This document shows positions 12,710 through 25,300 of a DNA stretch of 64,000 nucleotides, in pieces (within the stretch, counting starts at the first letter, position 1; each line of letters opens with the position of its first letter). The DNA lies in contig NC_052158.1 in the NCBI RefSeq assembly GCF_902713615.1, positions 125,398,535 to 125,462,534 of the forward strand, written 5' to 3'. The position numbers were made by a program, and so were the translations under genes. The DNA is from Scyliorhinus canicula (lineage: Eukaryota). The notes under the pieces were generated by a model. It was not told where the DNA came from and did not search any database. It was given only the letters and a program-made list of their open reading frames with translations.

Positions 12710-13621
12710 AGAGCACTAACAAATCTCCCCCCCAGGATATTGGTGCCCCTCAGGTTCAGATGTAGACCATCCTGTCTATAGAGGTCCCACCTTCCCCAGA
12801 AAGAGCCCCAGTTATCCAGAAATCTGAATCCCTCCCGCCTGCACCATCCCTGTAGCCACGTGTTTAATTGCTCTCTCTCCCTATTCCTCATCTCACTATC
12901 ACGTGGCATGGGCAACAACCCAGAGATAACAACCCTGTTTGTTCTCGCTCTGAGCTTCCATCCTAGCTCCCTAAAGACCTGCCTGACATCCATGTCCCCT
13001 TTCCTACCTATGTCGTTAGTGCCAATGTGGACTACGACTTGGGGCTGCTCCCCCTCCCCCTTAAGGACCCGGAAAACACGATCCGAGACATCACGTACCC
13101 TTGCACCTGGGAGGCAACATACCAAACGTGAGTCTCTCTCGCTCCCACAAAATCTCCTATCTGTGCCCCTGACTATTGAGTCCCCAATTACTAATGTTCT
13201 ACTCCTTTCCCCCCTTCCCTTCTGAGCAACAGGGACAGACTCCGTGCCAGAGGCCCGTACCCCATGGCTTACCCCTGGTAAGTCCCCCCCCCCCACAAGT
13301 ATCCAAAACGGTATACTTGTTACTCAGGGGAACGACCGCAGGGGGTCCCTGCACTGACTGCTTCTTCCCAGTCCCTCTTACAGTTACCCATCTATCTCCA
13401 GTCTCCAGTAGTGTAACTACTTCCCTGAAGCTCCTATCTATGACCCCCTCTGCCTCCCGAATGATCCGAAGTTCATCCAGCTCAAGCTCCAGGTCCCTAA
13501 CACGGTTTTTGAGGAGCTGGAGTTGGGTGCACTTCCCACAGATGAAATCAGCAGGGACACTGACGGCGTCCCTCACCTCAAACATTCTGCAGGAGGAGCA
13601 TTGTACTGCCTTCCCTGACAT
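12706..13621 (-). pseudogene. CR1 ORF1 (Zn-finger/leucine zipper + SGNH esterase), frameshifted at a homopolymer near 13290
   Basis: CSSC...CGKC, coiled coil, then LVIGDSIVR, HIGTND, DGLHLN esterase motifs. Confidence 0.9.
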
Positions 13622-14758
13622 CACCTCTAGATTTAAAAAAAAACAAGAAAAAGAAAAAGAAAGGAAGAGCTTACCTGATATTACCTCAAACCCTGTTCCC
13701 GCTGAAAGGTAAGCAAATTTAAAGGCACTCACTCACCTTCACGACAGGCCCCTGCTCCCGCTTCCCAACCACCGTGGGGTGGGGGGGGTTGGTTAGAGGA
13801 GGAGGTAGGGTGGGGGGGGTTGGTTAGAGGAGGAGGTAGGGTGGGAAACACTCACGAAGTGTCTCGGGTTTAACTGTCACTTGACAACAGATCCTCCACA
13901 AACCACCTTCAACTTAGGCTGACCGCACTGCACGTATGCAAATTTCCCCAGAACAGCTGATCAGTAGCTCTGCTCTGCTGCCCTCTGCTGGATCAACTTG
14001 ACCAAATTCAAACCTTCCTTTAAACTTTCATTTTCTCTTTGGCAGTTGGTGCTGGCAACACAGGATGCATATGTTCATATGTACAGGGAATAATAATTGG
14101 GATGGCACTGAGTATGGGACCAAAATCTAACCACCCCCCCCCCCCCCCACCCCATGGAATTCTACTGGGGGGGGGGGGTGGCCTGTGTCCTTGGCTTTGA
14201 TCTGCTTTACTGTATAATTTTACCAGATACATTGATCATTAGAGAAGAGGAGCCCACTTACTCTCAAATCCGGAAGTTGCAGTTCACTTTTGTGGGTCCA
14301 GACGATCCCAGGCCAATGGTTTCCCTGGGACCTGTTATATAAAATCACTTACACTTCCATTTATGTTTATTTTTCGGGCTGTTGCTAGCAGGCGCAAAGC
14401 CCCTTAAAGCACCCCTGCCCCTGTTTCCCTCTTCCTTCACTCTCCAGCTCCTCTTCCCCACCTCCCCACCTACAGGGGTGCCAGGAGAGCTGCTGGGGGG
14501 CAAGAGGGGGATGTAGGTGCAATTAAAAATTAATCAAAGAAAAAATTGCAAAGAATCAAGTAATGCTTCCCTGTCATTGAGCTGAACACAGCCCTCAAGG
14601 GGTGGGTCTTCAGGTGATGATATTAAAACTGCTGCACATGGAACTCGCCACTAGGTGTCTCCACTGATGTAGCCATAGGATCCAAGTTGCAACCAGCAGA
14701 ACAAGTTCCCGCTGTTGCTTACAATCAAGGTAGGGTCATATTCCTCCATGGAGTCAAT

Positions 14759-15563
14759 TGTGACGAATAGAGGATTTTAGGAAAAGTGGCTTCTAAAGAT
14801 CGGGACAATTTAAGAGTTAAAAGCCTAGGGTCGCAGTGTGTTTGACTGCAGTGGTCACATTTTTAAAAGGATTTTTATTTTAAATGTGATTTGACTGGGA
14901 AGTCCCTGGGGAGTTAATGTGCATTTGCAGCCTGCAGAGATCATTTGTTTTTTTCTGCTTGTGGAAATTAGGTAATTGTTGGGTGGAGCTCAGGAATATG
15001 GAGAGGCAGTTAAGTTTTTGGAGAAGCTTTGGGAGAGAGAGGAGGAATTCAGAACTGCATTCAGAACTGCCTGATTCCGAGTCCACAATTCTCTCACAGT
15101 AGGATAGTTATAAAAGAGTAATAACATGTAAAGCAGAGCAGTCTTTTGTCTGGGGATCAGGATGAAGCTGAAACATACCTGGTGAACCAGCTTTTTGAAG
15201 ACATTCACAGAGAGTCAAGGGGTTCTAACAGGAGCCAAATATGCTTTATATAGCAAGTATTACTCTATGCCATGCTAATTGAAGATAGATTGAGAGCTAT
15301 ATGTTTCTTTTCTTGTTGTTTAATGGGAAGTTAAGTAGTAGTGTTAAGGTGTTATTATAAGCTCTTCTTTTGAGGTGTGAAGTTAAAAAGTTTAATATTG
15401 TATTCATAATAAAGTTTTGTTTTAGAAATACCAAACCTTATATTTTCATGCAATCACACCTGGAGCAATCATCCTTTCTGCACAGTCTGAAAATAAACTC
15501 ACATATTTGGGTTTTAGTCCAGTATCCTAGCCACTGTTAGGGTCTGGTCTGGGATCAGCAACA
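14759..15563 (+). mobile_element. Solo LTR
   Basis: TGTGACG...AATAAA...CTGGGATCAGCAACA; the 3' end matches the reverse complement of the TGTTACGATCCCAG end of the other LTRs. Confidence 0.55.
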
Positions 15564-15939
15564 AGTGCCTCCACGTTTCCGCTGATTGCAATATCTTGGT
15601 CGAAGACTATGCCCTTGTGAGGCTGTTATAGCAGGGGCCCATTTTAGGGAAATACAGTTTAGCAACACATGCTCTGTTCTACAGGCTGAGCTTCTGCCAG
15701 TCACAAGGCACGGTTTGAAAAACAATGGTGAGAGCATTAAAGTGCAAATTCCTGATTTTGGTTTCCACCGTTTCTTCATAAAAGATGATACATTGCCAAA
15801 AAATTTTTTATTTTGTTCCGAAAAAGCAATTAAGGTTTTGAGAATCAAATGAATTAATTCAGGAACACTACATAATGTTGATTAAGAACAAGTCCATTCA
15901 TGTCAGTCCAGGCTTGATTCCAATACTTCACATTTGGCA

Positions 15940-16300
15940 TTTTTAAAGGCGATCTCATTGAAATGTACAAGATTCAGAAGGGGCTTGATAGGATAGATGC
16001 TGAGAGATTGGTTCTGCTGGCTGTGGAATTTTAAGGGAGCTCAGTCTCAGGATAAGGGACCGATCATGTAGGACTGTGATGAAATGAAATTACTTCAAAG
16101 GATTCTGAATCTTTGGATTTCTGTACTCCACAGAGTTGTGGATGCTCCTTTGCTTAATTTAAAAAAGAGGGATATCTGCTCTGTCAGGGAATCAAGGGAT
16201 ATGGAGAGCGGGTGGGAAAGTGGAATTGAAGCTCAATCAGCCATGATCGTGTTAAATGGCAGAGCAGGGTCTAACAACCTCCTTCTGCTTCTATTTCATG
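15940..16300 (+). mobile_element. CR1 3' fragment
   Basis: GDLIEMYKI..GLDRID motif and CR1 3'UTR. Confidence 0.7.
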
Positions 16301-17132
16301 TATTATTAGCCCTACCAACTAGCAGTAAACTAGTTTAAATGTGTGCCATTTCACCCCCATCTTATTCTTCTCCAGTAAGGTTCTGGCACTCGCACAGATC
16401 ATATCATCTTGAAACATACGTCAGTTATCTCAACAGGCTAGATACATTCCATCATGACTGGTTTAAACTTTACCTTTAACTGGAAATTGTTTTATTTCTG
16501 ACTAGAATCAGTTTGCCTCCTTCCCCCTCCTCCACAGTCTGCCCTGATGGAATTACAGGAAGTGTTCCGAACAGTTCTGCACCAAGGCATTAACATGCCA
16601 AATACTTTGTCCCATTCAAATAGCTATTCTGGCAAGAAAACTAATTTCAACTGAGCAGATATGCTGACTTTTAACAAAGATGCAAACTCCAGTTTTGAAT
16701 TTGATTTTTACAACTAAGCAAGAGAAAGTATGAACTTAAAATGCTAGTGCAAATTCTTCCTATGGTCTAACATGATTTTCTTCAAAAATCTCATATGTTA
16801 TAAGACATAGGAGCAGAATGAGGCCATTCAGCCATCAAGTCTGCTCCGCCATTCAATCATGGCTGATACGTTTCTCATCCCCATTCTCCTGCCTTCCTCC
16901 CATAACCCCTGATCTTATAAATGTGTGTGAACTAACCTGTTTCTGGCTGCATGCCTTTGGAAGCTAAGTCTATCTGATTCAGGTCATATCAAAAGTGGCT
17001 GAACAACTTTGCTTGCCATAAATTGAATTATTGAGTCTCGCATAAGGCCAGGGGAAAAAGTTCCATGAGATGGGTATGTTTTGCTCTCTTCAGAACAGGC
17101 CTTCTGCTTCATCATTGAAACTGTTATCTTTC

Positions 17133-17340
17133 GGGTGGCATGGTTAGCACTGCTGCCTCATGGCGCTGAGGACCAGGTTCAATCCCAGGTTACTGTCCGT
17201 GTGGAGTTTGCACATTCTCCCTGTGCCTGCCTCGGTCGCACCCCCACAAACCAAAAAGGTGTGCAAGGCAGGTGAATTGGCCATGCTAAACTGCCCCTTA
17301 ATTGGTAAAAAAAGAATTGGATACACTAAATTGTTTTAAA
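17133..17340 (+). mobile_element. HE1 / V-SINE
   Basis: tRNA head + V-domain gtgtggagtttgcacattctccc + ttggccatgctaaa. Confidence 0.8.
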
Positions 17341-17901
17341 ATTGTTATCTTTAAAGAGTTAGGGTTAGCGACAAAGCTTAGAATTCTCTTATTAGATAAA
17401 TACAAAGGAATCTTTCTGGACAAGGGATAAATTCTGCATGTTTCTTTTTGTTTGAAAGAGTAATTAATAATCATTTAGTGGTACATATTTTACCAAACTG
17501 CTGTAGGCTGGCAGGTTAGGATCTGTAATTCCCTGCATGGCATGTTTTTGACATCATGCAGGTCATTAGATGGATGGACAAGTGGAGGTCAGGAAATCTA
17601 TAAGGAATATGAAAAGTTAAACAAAGCAGACATTGAGGGACGTGGTTGTGAATACAAAATACAAGGCAAACAATGAAAAATGACTGACCCAGAGTGGGCA
17701 AATTAATAATTAGGCAAAGGTATGATTTACAGACGATATTATGGAACAGCTGTGGCCTTGGAATAGATCACCAAAAAAACTTTTTCCAACAAGTACTGAT
17801 CGTTTGAAGATTCAGAAGGTATTTACCTTCATAAGAAAAACAAGCAGAGAAGCTTAAAGAAGTACAGAGTATATGGAAATAAATACAGCAACTTATATGA
17901 T

Positions 17902-18388
17902 TGTTACGATCCCAGTTGATGCTACATCTGGACGGGAAGATCCCAGAATGGAACCTTAGCTCAAAAGACTAACTTTTTTTTTTAAGAAAGCCTGTAGGAA
18001 CAGTCACAGTTGCTGCTAATTAGTTCTAACAACAAGAAATAAAACATTTATTGAGCATGAAAAAATTGGATTATGATACAATACACCTTTATTCCACCCT
18101 TAGTGGAACAATTACACACAGGTTTTAGGATTAATAAGGATTACAAAGTACATCTTAATCCACAATTATTTCAGGAATACAAAGTCTCTTTTAAGCACAC
18201 AAGATGACTGTGGATAAATATTCTCCATTCTGAACCCAGCATGGAGTTTGTCCAGCATGAATCTCACTATAGGTTTTACCTTTCCAGACACAGAAATATT
18301 AAATTAAACCCATTTAAAACGGTATCTTATTTATAATGTTTACCAATACAAATATAAACCCCTTAAAATTATCTTTGTTTTCCTAACA
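17902..18388 (-). mobile_element. Solo LTR (internally deleted)
   Basis: TGTTA...TAACA termini; near-TSD atgat/attat. Confidence 0.65.
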
Positions 18389-18499
18389 ATTATCAATAGC
18401 TTGGTAAATCGCTAGGTGTTCAGGAAAGTGAGGTAGAGGCGGAGAGGGAATTCCAGAGCTTATGGCCTAAGTATGGCTGCCAATAAGACAGTAGGATAC

Positions 18500-19682
18500 C
18501 TATGTAAGACTGCTGTTCATCGACTACAGCTCCACCTTCAACACCATAATCCCGACAAGACTAATAACCAAACTCCGCAATCTTGGACATGACCCCTCCC
18601 TGTGCAGCTGGATCCTCGACTTCCTCACCAACAGACCGCAATCTGTCAGGACAGGCAACAGCACATCCTCCACAATAGTCCTCAACACCGGGGCCCCGCA
18701 AGGATGTGTTCTCAGTCGTCTACTGTACTCCGTGTACACACATGACTGTGTGGCAAGACTTAACTCCAACTCAATCTATAGGTTTGTAGATTATACGACT
18801 GTGGTGGGCCGTATCTCAAACAACGACGAATCAGACTACAGGAGGGAGATAAATCACTTGGTTGCATGGTGTACCGAAAACAAACTCTCTCTAAATGTTG
18901 GAAAGACCGAGGAACTGATCATCGACTTCAGGAAGCGTAGCACGACACACACTCCTGTCTGCATCAATGGCTCCGAAGTGGAGATGGTCGATAGCATTAA
19001 GTTTCTGGGGTCACCATCACCAACAGTCTGTCCTGGTCCACTCACGTTGATACAACAGTCAAGAAAGCCCAACAAAGTCTCTACTTCCTACGGAAGCAAA
19101 ATAAATTTGGCATGTCTGCATCGACTCTCACAAACTTCTACAGATGTGCAATAGAGAGCATCCTATCCGGCTGCATCACAGCTTGGTATGGCAACTGCTC
19201 AGTCCAAGTGTGATGAACTCAGTCCAACACATCATACAAGCTTTCCACTCCCACATTGATTCTGTATACACCTCCTGCTGCCTCAGGAAGGCAGACAGCA
19301 TTATCAGAGCCCCATCCCACCCAGGCTTTGCCTTCTTACAGACCCTTCCATCAGGCAGAAGGTTCAGAAGTCTGAAGACCCGCACATCCTGACATAGAAA
19401 CAGCTTTTTCCCCACAGCTACAAGTCTCTTCAACGACTCCCCCTCGGACTGATCTGTTCTCTGTAAAAACACAACGCCCTATGCTGCTCTTGCTCATGCA
19501 TTTGCTTTGTTTGTCCGCTTGTTCTGCACTGTAACCAATCACTGTTTGTTGATGTACCATTTGTCAATGTTCTCTGTTGATTATTCTTTTGTCTACTCTG
19601 TACGTACTGTGTACGTTCCCGCGGCTGCAGAAAAATACTTTTCACTGTACTTTGGTACATGTGGCAATAAGTCAAATCAAAC
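18500..19682 (+). mobile_element. Rex1/Babar LINE, 5'-truncated
   Basis: [56 protein letters not shown]; (AATCA)-type tail. Confidence 0.85.
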
Positions 19683-20749
19683 CTAAGAAAACAAGTCTTA
19701 AGAAAGAAACTGAAATAGCTGGTGGAAGATAAAATCATTATATATGTTCATGTATGTGATACAATAACAACTGATAATTCCATTTCAGAGGGCCCTGGGT
19801 TTAAGACCATGGTATCCCAAATTCATTGCATATAATAGTACTAAATGCATTGAATTATTTGTAACCCAACATGCAGATTACATTTTCAATTTGATACTAA
19901 AGTGGTGTGCCTTGCTTATATAAGGCAAACGGGAGATAAATATTCATAGTATTTAAATCTTAACACTTCACTGTTCACACGTCCCATCATATAGTGGTAT
20001 AAAGGAGCCTTTGTTTAGAAATGGCATTGGTTCAAGATGGTCTGTGTTTTCCCAGCCATACTCTGGCAAGGACCCAGGTTGGCAAAATCATTTTCAGAGG
20101 AAATTTTGTATGGATCACTCAACTCCAATCTGTAAAAGTCCTCTCCATAAAATTCAAACAGAAAGTGGCAGATGAAACACTGCTTCTGACCATATAACTA
20201 CAATGCATCCGATTATCAAACCTGTCAGCTTCAAATGATCTGTATTCAATACCATTTTTATGATATTCTGACTTTACATAATATCTCAACACACAAAAGA
20301 GAGCTGGAATAGTGTGTGCAATTCTGGGCACTACACGTTATAAAATGTCAGGGCAGTGGAAAGAATGCAGAGATTTACATACATACATAACTATTACAGC
20401 ACAGAAACAGGCCAGAATTTATATTCTATTCAAGCCTTGTCCCATTCTGCCTCATCTAACGGCTTAATTGTCTATTCTTTTCTACACTAAATACTTAACT
20501 TAATTGTATCCAATTTATCTCCATCAAATGCTCCCAGTGGTTCACAAGTTCCACTTTCCACTCCACTCTCCCTGTAGTTTCTTCTAAACTCTTTATTGAA
20601 TTTCTTGGTGACTATCTTGTATTGACAGCTTCTAGCTCTGCTTTTCCCCTGCAAATGCACAGGAAGACCCCCACTTGCAAGTTCCCTTCTAAGTCACACA
20701 TCATCCTGCGTCTACTTTATCCAAACCTTTGAACCAAGAAATCAAGAGG

Positions 20750-22250
20750 TGAAGGGAGAGTGACCTTTGTTGACATCAAGGTAACATTTGACTGAGTCTG
20801 GCATCAAGGACTCTTAGCAAAACTGCAGTCAATGAGAATTAGAAAACTCTCCATGGAATCATACCTAGCACAAAGAAATATGGTTGTAGTTGTTGGAGGT
20901 CATTCGTCCCAGGACACCACTGCAGGAATTTCTCAGGCTAGTGTCTTCAGCCCAACCATCTTCAGCTGCTTCATCAAATGACCTTCCCTCCATCAGAAGT
21001 GGGATGCGCGCTGATGATTGTGATGTTAAGCACTATTCACGACTCGTCAAGACACTGAAATAGTCTGCGTTCTTATGCAGGTTACATCCAAGTTTGAGTT
21101 GATAAGGGGTAAGCTACATTCTTGCCACAGAAGTGCCAGGCAATGACCATCTCCAACAAGAGAAAATCCAACTATCTCTCCTTGATATTCTATGGCATTG
21201 CTAATGCTGAATCTCCCACTATCAATATACCGAGGGGTTACTATTGACCAGAAACTGAACTGAACTCGGCCCATAAATACTGTGGCTACAAGAGCAAGTG
21301 AGAGGCTGGTAACTGTGGCAATTAACTCACTTCTTCATTCTCCACAACCTGTCCAGCAATGTGGTAGCAGTGCGTACAAGTTATATGATTCACTGCCTCA
21401 TGTTGTGAATGCGTCTCTAATTCACTTGTCTCTCAGTCAGGAAGAAACGGTCTCGAACACGTCCGTACTTCAGAATATTCTTTATTGTGATCGGGGCAGC
21501 CCTCTAGGTATTCCAAAGAACCACCTCGGAGAGTGCCAAAGTATTGCTCAAAACATCCTTTTTTTATATGTATTTTTAAGGGGCTGTCCCTTACATTCAC
21601 TTGAGCTTGCCCCCATTACAAAGCATAACTTGTTTTTACCATAGTTTCGATACATGATTTTACAGACTTTGAGGTTATCTATTGGCACATGAGTATGTAG
21701 CAGTCTTAGCATAAACAGCAGGTGTTTAGCCACAGTAGAAGCGGCTCCCACATTTCATATTCCGTCATCCAGCCATCTTCCTTGTTTCTCAAGGCTATTC
21801 GGCTTAGTCATGAGTCGGCTCACGAATTCAATAACAACTCCCCTATTTGTAATTTTCCACTAATGTGTCCCATTAATTCTGGCTTGTTCTAGCTATTAAC
21901 CCTTGCTTCACATTCTCAATGTCACCAAGGCTCCTTTGTCAGCACCTTCCAAAACAGTGATGTCTACAACCTACAAAGACACAGGTAGCAAATGCACAGA
22001 GACACCCGCACTTGCAAGTTCCCTTCCAAGTCACACACCATCTTGACTTAGAATTATTGTTCCTATCATTGTTCCTTCACTGTCGCTGGGTCAAAACCCT
22101 GAAACTCCCTTCCAAACAGAATTGTAGGGTACCAACAATACATGGACTGCAGTGGTTTAAGAAGGCAGCACAGCACCACCTTCTCAAGGTCAGTTATGTA
22201 TGAACAATTAGTGCTGGTCTAGCCATCAAAGCCCACATCCCTTGAAAGAA
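20750..22250 (+). mobile_element. Old CR1/L2-type LINE fragments
   Basis: Decayed DIK..FD.VWH, QPSSAASS and ADD motifs at 20760-21320; 3'UTR-like segment at 21940-22250. Confidence 0.6.
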
Positions 22251-22366
22251 AGTTATTAAAAAAGATGTCTGTTAGGTGACCTTGAGCCTTCTCTTTTCAA
22301 GAGAAAAAAAACTCCATCGGTCAATTCTTTCCTGACCAGGTTAAAGTCCAACAGGTTTGTTTCAAA

Positions 22367-22401
22367 CACGAGCTTTCGGAGCGCAGCTCCTTCCTCAGGT
22401 G
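22367..22401 (-). ncRNA. Minimal type I hammerhead ribozyme (intact core)
   Basis: CAC-CUGAGGA-A-GGAGC UGC GCUCC-GAAA-GC-UC-GUG. Confidence 0.65.
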
Positions 22402-22589
22402 AATGGAGAGGTATCTTCTGGATCTGTAAATTAATTACCTGCAAATGCTCGTATTCAAAGCATTGTCTTGTATCTTTGACTTTGTCTATATATATGTTTC
22501 TGGAACATAGCTCTCCATTCACCTGAGGAAGGAGCTGTGCTCCAAAAGCTCGTGTTTGAAACAAACCTGTTGGACTTTAACCTGGTGTT

Positions 22590-25300
22590 ATAGAACATAG
22601 AACATTACAGCGCAGTACGGGCCCTTCGGCCCTCGATGTTGCGCCGACCTGTGAAAACATCTGAAGCCTATCTGACCTACACTATTCCATTTTCATCCAT
22701 ATGTCTATCCAGTGACCACTTAAATGCCCTTAAAGTTGGCGAGTCTACTACTGTTGCAGGCAGGGCGTTCCACATCCCTACTACTCTCTGAGTAAAGAAA
22801 CTGCCTCTGATATCTGTCCTATATCTATCACCCCTCAATTTAAAGCTATGTCCCCTCGTGTTGGTCATCACCATCCGAGGAAAAAGACTCTCACTGTCCA
22901 CCCTATCTAACCCTCTGACTATCTTGTATGTCTCTATTAAGTCACCTCTCAGCCTTCTCCTCTCTAACGAAAACCACCTCAATTCCCTGAGCCTTTCCTC
23001 GTAAGACCTTCCCTCCATACCAGGCAACATCCTAGTAAATCTCCTCTGAACCCTTTCCAAAGCTTCCACATCCTTCCTATAATGTGGTGACCAGAACTGC
23101 ACGCAGTACTCCAGGTGCGGCCGCACCAGAGTTATGTACAGCTGCAGCATGGCCTTGTGGTTCCGAAACTCAATCCCCCTGCTTATAAAGGCTAGCACAC
23201 CATATGCCTTCTTAACAGCCCCAATAACCTGGGTGGCATCTTTCAGGGATTTATGTACCTGGATGCCGAGATCTCTCTGTTCATCTACACTACCAAGAAT
23301 CTTGCCATTAGCCCAGTACTCTGCATTCCTGTTACTCCTTCCAAAGTGAACCACCTCACACTTTTCCGCATTAAACTCCATCTGCCACCTCTCAGCCCAG
23401 CTCTGCAGCTTATCTATGTCCCTCTGTATCCTATAACATCCTTCAGCACTATCCACAACTCCACCGACCTTCGTGTCATCTGCAAATTTACTAACCCATC
23501 CTTCTACACCCTCTTCCAGGTCATTTATAAAAATGACAAACAGCAGTGGCCCCAAAACAGATCCTTGCGGTACACCACTAGTAACTGAACTCCAGGATGA
23601 ACATTTGCCATCAACCACCACCCTCTGTCTTCTTTCAGCTAGCCAATTACTGATCCAAACCGCTAAATCACCTTCAATTCCATACTTCCTTATTTTCTGC
23701 AATAGCCTACCGTGGGGAACCTTATCAAACGCCTTACTGAAATCCATATACACCACATCAACAGCTTTACCCTGATCCACCTGTTTGGTCACCTTCTCAA
23801 AAAACTCAATATGGTTTGTGAGGCATGACCTACCCTTCACAAAACCGTGTTGACTATCGCTAATCAACTTGTTCTTTTCAAGATGATTATAAACCCTATC
23901 TCTTATAACCTTTTCCAACATTTTACCCACAACCGAAGTAAGGCTCACAGGTCTATAATTACCAGGGTTGTCTCTACTCCCCTTCTTGAACAAGGGGACA
24001 ACATTTGCTATCCTCCAGTCTTCCGGCACTATTCCTGTCGACAAAGACGACATAAAGATCAAGGACAAAGGCTCTGCAATCTCCTCCCTGGCTTCCCAGA
24101 GAATCCTAGGATAAATCCCATCTGGCCCAGGGGACTTATCTATTTTGACATTTTCCAAAATTGCTAACACCTCCTCCTTTTGAACCTCAATTCCATCTAG
24201 CCTGGTCGACAGAACCTGAGTGTTCTCCTCGACAACATTGTCTTTCTCCAGTGTAAACACCGACGAAAAATATCCATTTAACGCTTCCCCTATCTCCTCT
24301 GATTCCACACACAACTTTCCACTACTATCCTTGATTGGCCCTAATCTTACTCTAGTCATTCTTTTGTTCCTGATATACCTATAGAAAGCCTTAGGGTTTT
24401 CCTTGATCCTATCCGCCAACGACTTTTCGTGTCCTCTCCTCGCTCTTCTTAACTCTCCCTTTAGGTCCTTCCTGGCTAACTTGTAACTCTCAAGTGCCCT
24501 AACTGAGCCTTCATGTCTCATCCTAACATAAGCCTTCTTCTTCCTCTTGACAAGTGCTTCAACTTCCTTAGTAAACCACGGTTCCCTTGCTCGACAACTT
24601 CCTCCCTGCCTGACAGGTACATACTTATCAAGGACACGCAGTAGCTGTTCCTTGAAAAAGCTCCACATTTCGATTGTACCCATCCCCTGCAGTTTCCTTC
24701 CCCATCCTATACATCCTAAATCTTGCCGAATAGCATCATAATTGCCTTTCCCCCAGCTATAATTCTTGCCTTGCGGTATATACCTATCCCTGCCCATTGC
24801 TAAAGTAAACATAACCGAGTTGTGATCACTATCACCAAAGTGCTCACCTACATCTAAATCTAACACCTGGCCGGGTTCATTACCCAGTACCAAATCCAAT
24901 GTGGCCTCGCCCCTTGTTGGCCTGTCTACATACTGTGTCAGAAAACCCTCCTGCACACACTGCACAAAAACTGACCCATCTATAGTACTTGAAGTATAGT
25001 ATTTCCAGTCAATATTTGGAAAGTTAAAGTCCCCCATAACAACTACTCTGTTACTCTCGCTCCTGTCGAGAATCATCTTTGCAATCCTTTCCTCTACATC
25101 TCTGGAACTATTCGGAGGTCTATAGACAACTCCCAACAGGGTGACCTCTCCTCTACTGTTCCTAACCTCGGCCCATACTACCTCAATAGACGAGTCCTCA
25201 AGCGTCCTTTCTACCGCCGTAATACTTTCCTTGATTAACAATGCCACCCCCCCCCCCCTCTTTTACCATCTTCTCTGTTCTTACAGAAACATCTAAATCA
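22590..25300 (-). mobile_element. 5'-truncated young CR1
   Basis: (TTCTATG)n tail at 22590; ORF2 open to its natural stop. Confidence 0.95.
22677..25247 (-). CDS. CR1 ORF2 (partial endonuclease + complete RT), 856 uninterrupted codons
   Basis: All RT motifs including FADD; lacks the endonuclease N-terminus. Confidence 0.9.
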   Translation of the reverse strand: MALLIKESITAVERTLEDSSIEVVWAEVRNSRGEVTLLGVVYRPPNSSRDVEERIAKMILDRSESNRVVVMGDFNFPNIDWKYYTSSTIDGSVFVQCVQEGFLTQYVDRPTRGEATLDLVLGNEPGQVLDLDVGEHFGDSDHNSVMFTLAMGRDRYIPQGKNYSWGKGNYDAIRQDLGCIGWGRKLQGMGTIEMWSFFKEQLLRVLDKYVPVRQGGSCRAREPWFTKEVEALVKRKKKAYVRMRHEGSVRALESYKLARKDLKGELRRARRGHEKSLADRIKENPKAFYRYIRNKRMTRVRLGPIKDSSGKLCVESEEIGEALNGYFSSVFTLEKDNVVEENTQVLSTRLDGIEVQKEEVLAILENVKIDKSPGPDGIYPRILWEAREEIAEPLSLIFMSSLSTGIVPEDWRIANVVPLFKKGSRDNPGNYRPVSLTSVVGKMLEKVIRDRVYNHLEKNKLISDSQHGFVKGRSCLTNHIEFFEKVTKQVDQGKAVDVVYMDFSKAFDKVPHGRLLQKIRKYGIEGDLAVWISNWLAERRQRVVVDGKCSSWSSVTSGVPQGSVLGPLLFVIFINDLEEGVEGWVSKFADDTKVGGVVDSAEGCYRIQRDIDKLQSWAERWQMEFNAEKCEVVHFGRSNRNAEYWANGKILGSVDEQRDLGIQVHKSLKDATQVIGAVKKAYGVLAFISRGIEFRNHKAMLQLYITLVRPHLEYCVQFWSPHYRKDVEALERVQRRFTRMLPGMEGRSYEERLRELRWFSLERRRLRGDLIETYKIVRGLDRVDSESLFPRMVMTNTRGHSFKLRGDRYRTDIRGSFFTQRVVGMWNALPATVVDSPTLRAFKWSLDRHMDENGIV

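Larger units (their letters stand above)
9718..13990 (-). mobile_element. Near full-length CR1 LINE
   Basis: 5'UTR + ORF1 + ORF2 + 3'UTR ending in (TTCTATG)n; few disruptions; 5' boundary approximate. Confidence 0.95.
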
